Made by a program: the position numbers and the translations under genes. The notes beneath the pieces are model-generated. The model saw only the letters and a program-made list of their open reading frames with translations, ran no database searches and had not been told where the DNA came from. Below, piece after piece: positions 17,776-23,958 of a stretch of DNA of 24,000 nt (the stretch's first letter is position 1; each line of letters opens with the position of its first letter). Where the stretch lies: the NCBI RefSeq assembly GCF_030408435.1, contig NZ_CP047046.1, positions 268,572-292,571 on the forward strand, in the 5' to 3' direction. The DNA comes from Corynebacterium auriscanis (lineage in GTDB: Bacteria; Actinomycetota; Actinomycetes; Mycobacteriales; Mycobacteriaceae).

Positions 17776-19209
17776 ATGCGCCGAATCCTTGTTGTTGTTT
17801 CCGCTTCTGCGTTGCTTTTGGCGAGTTGTTCTACTGATTCTGGGCCGACGCCACCTGCAGCCGACTCCGCCCAGAACAGGCCCTCGTCGTCCACGCTGGC
17901 GGATTCCTCGACTGTCAGCGCCCCCGCCGATAAGAACGCCGGTGATGCGGGGGATGCGTACCGCGCGGGGCGATCCGCGGGGATGAAGTGCGAAAGCTTG
18001 AGGGATGCCACGGACCGCCAACTGGCGGGGCGCCTGATGGCGGTGGGAATAACGGACTTCGCTAGCGCGCAGCAAGCGGTGGATGCCGGGGTACGGCACC
18101 TTTTCGTGGGAACTGGAAGTGACTATTCGATACTCAACGGGCAGGGGGATCCCGCCCGCAGTATCGCGGCGCTGGAAAAGCGTGCAGGGGAGAAGCTGAC
18201 TATCAGTGTGGATGAGGAAGGCGGAGAGGTCCAGCGGTTGAGCGGCATTATCGGTAAGCTGCCCAGCCCGCGGGAGATGGCGGCCACGATGACACCCCAG
18301 CAGGTTCGCGCGATGATGGCCGAGCATGGTCGCAAGCTGCGTGCTTTGGGTGTGACCGTGGACTTTGCCCCGGTGCTGGACTTGGGTGGAGCTCAGGATA
18401 TCAGTGCCAACGGCATTGGGTCTCGCGCTTTTAGTGCGGATCCGCGGGTGGTGGCTACCTATGGCCGCGCGTATGCGGATGGTTTGCGCGATGCCGGGAT
18501 CGTCCCGGTATTCAAGCACTTCCCCGGGCACGGTCATGTGAAGGGTGATTCACACTTGGGAACGGTGGTCAGTCCTCCGCTGAGTGTGATGGAGAACCAG
18601 GACCTGTTGCCGTTCCGGCAGCTGGCTACCATGGGGACCGAATCTGTTGGTGATCGACCAGCTCCCGCGGGAGCTTCTGCGCCGGGGAGTGCTGGGCAAC
18701 CTGGATCGGGGCGTGCTGAGCAACCTGGATCGGGGAGTGCTGGGCAATCTGGACCGGGGCGTGCTGGGCAATCTGGACCGGGGCGTGCTGAGCAACCTGC
18801 GCCAAGTTCCGCGGGTGATTCCTCACGGGAGACCGCTGGGCAGTCACGACCGGCGGAGCCCGTCCGGCCCGCCCCCGCGATGATGATTGGCCATATGCAA
18901 GTCCCGGGTTTGGGGGATAAGAAACCAGCCTCCATCAATCCCGCTGCATACAAGCTGCTGCGCAGTTACAAGTTCAACGGATTGATTGTGACTGATGACC
19001 TCACGGGTATGAAGGCTGTCAGTGACCAATTGAGCGGGCCAGATGCCGTCGTGGCGGCAGTGAGCGCAGGGGCGGATCAGGCTTTGGCGGCCGCTGGAGG
19101 CATCGATGTCCCAGCGGCGGTAGAGGCCCTGTCGCAGGCAATTTCCAGCGGAAAAATCCCGCGAGACCGCGCTATCGCCTCTGCCGATCGCGGTTGCGTC
19201 CTCTCGTGA
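17776..19209 (+). CDS. lpqI: Glycoside hydrolase family 3 beta-N-acetylhexosaminidase lipoprotein (LpqI/NagZ type)
   Basis: The lipoprotein signal is MRRILVVVSASALLLASC, with lipobox LASC. GH3 motifs are VDEEGGEVQRL, FKHFPGHGHVKGDSH and LIVTDDLTGMKA. The first ATG is at 17776. The gene neighbours aftD, as Rv0237 does. It contains an in-frame repeat insertion at 18689-18799. Confidence 0.9.
   Translation: MRRILVVVSASALLLASCSTDSGPTPPAADSAQNRPSSSTLADSSTVSAPADKNAGDAGDAYRAGRSAGMKCESLRDATDRQLAGRLMAVGITDFASAQQAVDAGVRHLFVGTGSDYSILNGQGDPARSIAALEKRAGEKLTISVDEEGGEVQRLSGIIGKLPSPREMAATMTPQQVRAMMAEHGRKLRALGVTVDFAPVLDLGGAQDISANGIGSRAFSADPRVVATYGRAYADGLRDAGIVPVFKHFPGHGHVKGDSHLGTVVSPPLSVMENQDLLPFRQLATMGTESVGDRPAPAGASAPGSAGQPGSGRAEQPGSGSAGQSGPGRAGQSGPGRAEQPAPSSAGDSSRETAGQSRPAEPVRPAPAMMIGHMQVPGLGDKKPASINPAAYKLLRSYKFNGLIVTDDLTGMKAVSDQLSGPDAVVAAVSAGADQALAAAGGIDVPAAVEALSQAISSGKIPRDRAIASADRGCVLS
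18689..18799 (+). repeat. In-frame 24-bp tandem repeat, about 4.6 copies, inside the GH3 gene
   Basis: Units start at 18689, 18713, 18737, 18761 and 18785 (the last partial), each a variant of gtgctgggcaacctggatcggggc. The array encodes SAGQPGSGRAEQPGSGSAGQSGPGRAGQSGPGRAEQP. This lies between the conserved LPFRQL segment and the MMIGHMQVPGL segment. Confidence 0.9.
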
Positions 19210-19356
19210 CTACAGGGCTGTGTGCTCCAGTGAGCGCTGGGTTGTGTGCTCTATTGAGTTGAGGGTTGTGTCTTCTAGTGACTATAGGGCTGTGTGCTCC
19301 AGTGAGCGCCGGGTTGCGTCCTCCAACGAGTACTGGGTGGTGTTCCCACTAGTGCG
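19189..19356. repeat. Degenerate 24-bp minisatellite, 7 units, with a 72-bp higher-order period
   Basis: Units start at 19189, 19213, 19237, 19261, 19285, 19309 and 19333. They read, for example, cagggctgtgtgctccagtgagcg, ctgggttgtgtgctctattgagtt and gagggttgtgtcttctagtgacta. Units 2 and 5 differ by 1 nt, and units 1 and 4 share the ending gtgacta. Unit 1 contains the last 6 codons and the TGA stop of the GH3 gene. Confidence 0.85.
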
Positions 19357-19572
19357 TCGTAGCTTCCTCACGCCCCCATCGGACAGTTGGAGGGCGCTCG
19401 CGCTACGGATGGCTGGCGTGCGCCGTAAATGCTTGCCTCGCACTGACGAATCGGACTCTAGCTGCAGTGATGAAGCACTTGTGATTCAGTGCAATTATTC
19501 AAGTTTTCCCAGCATGGGGGCATAACGGCTAAACTATTTCGCGTGAACAGCAACGAGTGGCCTAGAAACAAC

Positions 19573-19607
19573 GCATCGGAGGGTGCCTCGAAGCACCCTC
19601 TCGATGC
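19573..19607 (+). promoter_or_regulatory. Strong stem-loop in the probable 5' leader of the VanW-family gene
   Basis: gcatcggagggtgc (19573-19586) pairs with gcaccctctcgatgc (19593-19607). That gives a 14-bp stem with one bulged nucleotide and a 6-nt loop, ctcgaa. No U-tract follows, so it does not look like a terminator. It lies 56 nt upstream of the ATG at 19663. Confidence 0.4.
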
Positions 19608-19662
19608 CGCGCATCAAGAGGGAACTCTCCACGAAGGGGTGCGCGCAGAGCAACGTGCCCAG

Positions 19663-21408
19663 ATGAACGCGGATACAGAAATGCGCCCTCGTGATCCCCG
19701 CACCTCTCATCGCGGGGGCTCCCGCCGTCGGCAAAAGAAGAGCCGCGCGTTGCCCATATTCTTCTGGAGCCTCGTAGGTGTTCTCGGCCTAGGCGGAGTG
19801 CTCTACGGGGTAGATATCGCCATGTCAGAGGGGCAAGTCCCCCGTGGCGTGACAGTCGGCGGAGTGGACATCGGCGGCATGGGCAAAGCCCAAGCCGAAC
19901 AACGCCTGCGCAATGATCTGGGTGAGAAAGTCCGCCAGCCCGTCACCGTGAAGGCCGGCAACATGTCGAGCGTGCTGGAACCCACCCAGTCGGGCCTGCG
20001 CGTGAACTGGGGCAAAACGGTCGATCAGGCTGGCAAGCAGCCTTTGAATCCCATTACCCGGATCAAGAGCTTTTACGAACAGCGTGAAGTTGGAATTGTT
20101 TCTGAGTTCGGGGATACCAACCTCAACCGCGAACTCGAACGAGTGAACAGGGAACTCACGCGCGGACCCAAGGATGCTGGCGTCGAATTAAATGAACTAG
20201 GCAAAGCCAACATCAAAAAAGACGTGCCAGGACAAACCGTGGACACAGAAAAGGTGAACGCGGCAGTCAAGAAGAATTGGTTGAATACAACGCGCACGGT
20301 CACGGTGGATGCCGATGTGACGAAAGCCCAGATTCTCACGGCTGATGCGCAGAAAGTAGTCAAGGATTTCGTCACGCCCGCGACCTCTAAGCCGATCGTA
20401 TTCCACGGTCGAAATAAGGTGGATGCGAAACTTACTGCACCACACTTTGCGAAGATCCTTTCGTTCAAAGCTCAGGGCGGAAAGCTAGTTCCGCAGTGGA
20501 ACAACGATGCGGCGAAGCAGATCTTGGCAGAGCAGCTGCAGGGTACGGAAAAGGAATTCCGCAATGCGAACTTCCAGGCCGATGGCAACCGCCTGACGGT
20601 GATCCCGCACCAAGACGGCATCCTCATTAAGTGGCCGGAGACCCTGGGAAAGATTGAAGACAAAGCGCTGAACAAGAAGCGCCGCGAATGGCCCGTGCAG
20701 TACGAGGATAAAAAGGCCACGTACACCACAGAGGAAGCACGCAAAGCCAAGTTCGATGATGTGGTGGGTGAGTTCACTACGGGTGGTTTCTCCGATGCCT
20801 CGGGTGTCAACATTCGGCGCGTGGCGGAGATGGTCGATGGGGCGATCGTGCTGCCCGGGGAGACGTTCAGTTTGAATGGGTACACCGGTCCGCGCGGAAA
20901 GGCGCAGGGTTTTGTGGAATCCGGCATCATCATCGACGGTCACGCGGGTGAAGCCGTGGGCGGTGGCATTAGCCAGTTCGCCACCACGTTGTACAACGCT
21001 AGCTACTTCGCGGGCATGGAAGACGTGGCACACACCCCACACAGTTACTACATTTCGCGCTACCCGGCGGGTCGCGAGGCCACCGTTTATGAGGGTGCGA
21101 TCGACCTGCAGTTTAAGAATCCTTTCAACACACCCGTGCGTATTCGTACCAGTGCGGATTCTAGTTCCGTTACGGTGAAAATCTATGGGGTGAAGAACGT
21201 GAAGGTGGAGAGCATCCCGGGAGAGAGGACGAATCCGACCAGCCCCAAGACGATTGAACTGAGTGACGAGAAGTGTTCGCCGTCGTCTGGCGCGCCGGGC
21301 TTCACCACCACTGATACGCGCGTGGTTCGCGATTTGCGAGGTAAGGAGCTGGACAGGCGCACGACCACCACCGTGTATGACCCGGCGCCGATTGTGAAGT
21401 GCAAGTAG
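19663..21408 (+). CDS. VanW-family protein with an N-terminal membrane anchor
   Basis: A basic cytoplasmic tail (RGGSRRRQKKSR) precedes a TM helix (ALPIFFWSLVGVLGLGGVLYGV). The C-terminal VanW-type core is PGETFSLNGYTGPRGKAQGFVESGIIIDGHAGEAVGGGISQFATTLYNASYFAG...GREATV. The start is uncertain: ATG 19663 is preferred, with GTG 19639, 19543 and 19489 as alternatives. None has a good SD, and the hairpin at 19573-19607 argues against the longer forms. Confidence 0.82.
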   Translation: MNADTEMRPRDPRTSHRGGSRRRQKKSRALPIFFWSLVGVLGLGGVLYGVDIAMSEGQVPRGVTVGGVDIGGMGKAQAEQRLRNDLGEKVRQPVTVKAGNMSSVLEPTQSGLRVNWGKTVDQAGKQPLNPITRIKSFYEQREVGIVSEFGDTNLNRELERVNRELTRGPKDAGVELNELGKANIKKDVPGQTVDTEKVNAAVKKNWLNTTRTVTVDADVTKAQILTADAQKVVKDFVTPATSKPIVFHGRNKVDAKLTAPHFAKILSFKAQGGKLVPQWNNDAAKQILAEQLQGTEKEFRNANFQADGNRLTVIPHQDGILIKWPETLGKIEDKALNKKRREWPVQYEDKKATYTTEEARKAKFDDVVGEFTTGGFSDASGVNIRRVAEMVDGAIVLPGETFSLNGYTGPRGKAQGFVESGIIIDGHAGEAVGGGISQFATTLYNASYFAGMEDVAHTPHSYYISRYPAGREATVYEGAIDLQFKNPFNTPVRIRTSADSSSVTVKIYGVKNVKVESIPGERTNPTSPKTIELSDEKCSPSSGAPGFTTTDTRVVRDLRGKELDRRTTTTVYDPAPIVKCK

Positions 21409-21427
21409 CTGGGGAGGTGCTGGGAGC

Positions 21428-21528
21428 GCCGGAGCAGAGCGCCCTCCTCTGTCGGATTAGCAGAATGAGATGACCCCTAGATCGCGTTGGGAGGTCTTTT
21501 CGTTCTGCTTTTCGCGCACCGGAGGGCA
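21428..21528. repeat. Copy 1 of a direct repeat of about 101 nt (143-bp period) between convergent genes
   Basis: gccggagcagagcgccctcctctgtcggattagcagaatgagatgacccctagatcgcgttgggaggtcttttcgttctgcttttcgcgcaccggagggca. It matches copy 2 with about 8 mismatches by eye. It contains an imperfect hairpin, gacccc...gggaggtc, followed by a T-rich run, ttttcgttctgctttt, so a plus-strand terminator is possible. Confidence 0.85.
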
Positions 21529-21570
21529 ATGGGCGCACCGGAGGGCAGTGAGGGCCGGAGGGTAGTGGGG

Positions 21571-21671
21571 GCCGGGGCGGAGCGCCCTTCCCTGTTGGAT
21601 TAGCAGAATGAGATGACCCTTGGATCGCATTGGGAGGTCTTTTCGTTCTGCTTTTCGCGCACCGGAGGGCA
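21571..21671. repeat. Copy 2 of the direct repeat of about 101 nt
   Basis: It is offset exactly 143 nt from copy 1. The 42-nt spacer (21529-21570) is itself a reiteration of the gcgcaccggagggca motif. A 10-bp tandem, cacagcccgg x2, follows at 21671-21690. Confidence 0.85.
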
Positions 21672-21732
21672 CAGCCCGGCACAGCCCGGCATGAGCCCAG
21701 CACGGGTGAGCACGAACCAACCCTCCGCGCCC

Positions 21733-23058
21733 TTACGCCGCCCCCCTGGCCGTGAGGTAAACCAGCGCGATATTGAGCGCAATGATGATCACGCAGCACA
21801 CACCAGCGATGGCGGTAAGTGCCCGCGTGTTCGCCCACCGCCCCATGACAGCGCCCCGCGCGGTGAAGATTACCAACGGGATCAGCGCAAACGGAATACC
21901 AAGGCTTAGCACGACCTGGCTGACGATCAACGCCCATGTGGGCTCGGCTCCCATGCCCAGCAGAAGCAGCGCGGGTAGCAGGGTGAGGAACCTGCGCCAC
22001 AAGATGGGGATGCGCACTTTCAGAAGGTCCTTCATGACCATGTCGCCGGCGTAGCAGCCCACGGAAGTGGAGGCCAACCCGGAGGCCAACAGGCCGATTC
22101 CAAACAGCGCGCCAACCATTGGCCCCAGTGCATCGGTGACGGCGCGGTGGGCGCCTTCAATGGAATCGGTGCCGTCCTCACCTTTGAGGGCTTCAGCGGC
22201 CAGGCACAGCATTCCGATGTTCACACTGCCCGCGACAACCAGCGCGGCAGCCACGTCCCAGCGGGTCGCGGTGAGATGCCGTGCCATGGATGCATCGTTG
22301 TGCGGTTGGTAACCGCGGTCGCGTACCAACCCGGAGTGCAGGTAGATCGCGTGGGGCATGACGGTGGCACCCAGCATGGATGCGGCCAGCACCACGGTGG
22401 GGGTGCCTTGGAATCGGGGGACGATTCCGGAAGCCATCTCGCTAACTGTTAGGCCCGTGAAGAACAGCCCAGCTAGGAATCCCAGCGTGATGATGGCTAG
22501 GAACCCCATGATGACGAATTCGAAACGCCGCTGGCTCTGTGGATTCTGCACAGCCAAGAGGGCAAGGGAGAATACGCCGACGATGACCCCGCCGATCAGT
22601 GGCGGAGTGCCGAACAGAAGATACAGGGCAGTCGCCCCGCCGATAACTTCGGCAACATCGGTGGCGGCGGTGACGATTTCGGCTTGTCCCCAGTACAACA
22701 ACCGCACACCCCGCCGCTGCCTCCGCTGCCGCTGGCCTCGCTCACCCCGCCGCTGCTGCGCGGGCATCCCCAAGGATTCCGCTACCAGCGAGGTCAAACT
22801 GCGCCCCGTCACCAACCCCAATTTCGCCGACAGGTATTGCACCAGCATGGCCATCAGGTTCGCGAGAACCAGTACCCACAGCAGCAGGTAACCGTATTCG
22901 GCGCCGGCGGATAGATTAGCGGCAACGTTTCCGGGATCTACGTAGGCGATGGCAGCTACAAACGCTGGTCCCAGCAAAGTGATGAGTCTCGGTTGGTGGC
23001 CGTCTTGGCTGTTTGGCGTGTGCGCTTGCTGTTGGTTCTTTTTTACCTCGACGCCCAC
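21733..23058 (-). CDS. mntH: Nramp-family divalent metal (Mn2+/Fe2+):proton symporter MntH
   Basis: 441 aa and polytopic. The Nramp signature LGPAFVAAIAYVDPGNVAANL contains the DPGN motif, and a further match is MPHAIYLHSGL. The GTG start at 23058 has AGGAGG 5 nt upstream. It contains an Arg/Gln-rich insert, MPAQQRRGERGQRQRRQRRG. Confidence 0.93.
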   Translation of the reverse strand: MGVEVKKNQQQAHTPNSQDGHQPRLITLLGPAFVAAIAYVDPGNVAANLSAGAEYGYLLLWVLVLANLMAMLVQYLSAKLGLVTGRSLTSLVAESLGMPAQQRRGERGQRQRRQRRGVRLLYWGQAEIVTAATDVAEVIGGATALYLLFGTPPLIGGVIVGVFSLALLAVQNPQSQRRFEFVIMGFLAIITLGFLAGLFFTGLTVSEMASGIVPRFQGTPTVVLAASMLGATVMPHAIYLHSGLVRDRGYQPHNDASMARHLTATRWDVAAALVVAGSVNIGMLCLAAEALKGEDGTDSIEGAHRAVTDALGPMVGALFGIGLLASGLASTSVGCYAGDMVMKDLLKVRIPILWRRFLTLLPALLLLGMGAEPTWALIVSQVVLSLGIPFALIPLVIFTARGAVMGRWANTRALTAIAGVCCVIIIALNIALVYLTARGAA

Positions 23059-23136
23059 ATCCTCCTCCTTTTCATCTTCCCTGGGTGCCTAACTGTGGTG
23101 ACTGCCGTCGTCAGCGGCAATCGTCAGTGAGGTCGA

Positions 23137-23152
23137 GTTCAATATATCGAAC
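23137..23152. promoter_or_regulatory. Near-palindromic 16-mer overlapping a -10-like hexamer upstream of mntH (candidate metalloregulator operator)
   Basis: GTTCAATATATCGAAC has 7 of 8 symmetric pairs. On the minus strand it reads GTTCGATATATTGAAC, with TATATT in the centre. It lies 79-94 nt upstream of the mntH start in an AT-rich patch. The regulator identity (MntR/DtxR family or other) is inference only. Confidence 0.35.
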
Positions 23153-23345
23153 ATTTAATTACGCTACGCCGGCACAAGGGTTGGCGCCAATTAGGAAAAG
23201 TGGTCTCAAGTGACGGGTCAGAAGTGCTTGTCTGCGTATGCCAACACGTGCGTAGGGCGATAATTAAAGAGAATGTGAGCGAATGAAAGAGAACGTGAAC
23301 GCACATGACCGGTGTGCCAGCTCACCAGGAGTTTTTCCCGGAGCA

Positions 23346-23399
23346 AATGAAAACTCCCCGCTAGTTGGTGGCTGATTTCTCAGTCCAACTAACGGGGAG
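23346..23399 (-). terminator. Rho-independent terminator downstream of the small secreted-protein gene
   Basis: On the minus strand, CTCCCCGTTAGTTGG pairs with CCAACTAGCGGGGAG. That is a 15-bp stem with one G-U pair, plus an extra 4-bp ctga/tcag stem inside the loop. GTTTTCATTT follows. It lies about 90 nt past the TAA at 23491-23493. Confidence 0.78.
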
Positions 23400-23490
23400 C
23401 GGTGTGAAACTTTGGCAGATTCAAGAATGCGGTCTCCGCAACTAGCCGGTGGCGAAGTCTGCGTTCTTGATGTGCTCCATCCGGTTTCTC

Positions 23491-23904
23491 TTAGCGGATG
23501 ATGCCCTCGTGCTTCAGGTAGTTGCCAATACCGATAATCACGCTGGCGATGCTGCCGATAACGCCAGCGATCAGAGCGACGTGCAGCAGTGGGCCCCATG
23601 GAGCAGCATCTGGCTTAACGTCGGAGCCGAAGATCTGGTCAGCGTTCAGAGCCTGGTCAGCGCCGAGGGCGTTGCCGATGCGCCACAGCAGGTCGGAGCC
23701 CTTAGCCTCACCGGTCTCAGGAGCCTTATCCTGCTCAGAACCTGCAAGGTTGTCAGAGCCGGTAGGGGTGGTGTCCTCGTTGGTGATGGAACCGATCGCA
23801 TTGTTGTCGGACATTGGAGCGTCCTGAGCGGAAGCAGCAGCGGTGCCAGCCAAGGCAACGGAAGAAGCGGTGGCGATAGCCAGAGCGACCTTACGAATAT
23901 TCAT
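23491..23904 (-). CDS. Small exported protein with a cleavable signal peptide and a C-terminal hydrophobic helix; function unknown
   Basis: 137 aa. The signal peptide is MNIRKVALAIATASSVALAGTAAASA, with an ASA-Q type cleavage site. An acidic Thr/Asp/Glu-rich middle follows. The C-terminal helix is LLHVALIAGVIGSIASVIIGIGNYL. AAGGA lies 8 nt before the ATG. Strong third-position C/G codon bias suggests good expression. A strong terminator lies downstream. Confidence 0.8.
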   Translation of the reverse strand: MNIRKVALAIATASSVALAGTAAASAQDAPMSDNNAIGSITNEDTTPTGSDNLAGSEQDKAPETGEAKGSDLLWRIGNALGADQALNADQIFGSDVKPDAAPWGPLLHVALIAGVIGSIASVIIGIGNYLKHEGIIR

Positions 23905-23958
23905 AGAAAGTTCCTTTTCTATAGAAGAGAATCGATTTGAAGTGGGGTGAACGTGTGC

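Noticed and set aside
19220-19525. 101-aa ORF across the 24-bp minisatellite
   Set aside because: It is open only because the repeat unit lacks stops in that frame. The Cys/Ser/Val-rich 8-aa periodic translation has no start context and no domain. It is kept as a testable alternative in the findings.
21302-22000. Minus-strand ORFs through the 143-bp duplication (21302-22000, 21457-21720, 21600-21782)
   Set aside because: The first overlaps the 3' ends of both convergent genes in wrong frames. The others are duplicated read-throughs of the repeat, with identical ...EKQNEKTSQ tails, and have no RBS or start context.
23059-23260. Possible manganese riboswitch (yybP-ykoY type) in the mntH leader
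   Set aside because: I could not recognise the conserved four-way-junction sequence elements. That riboswitch class normally turns on exporters rather than importers. Only a small 5-bp hairpin (tgccg...cggca, 23103-23119) is present.
23264-23599. 111-aa minus-strand ORF
   Set aside because: It overlaps the 3' part of the 23491-23904 gene in another frame and runs straight through the strong terminator hairpin. The translation is Arg/Ser/Pro-rich, typical of an off-frame artefact.
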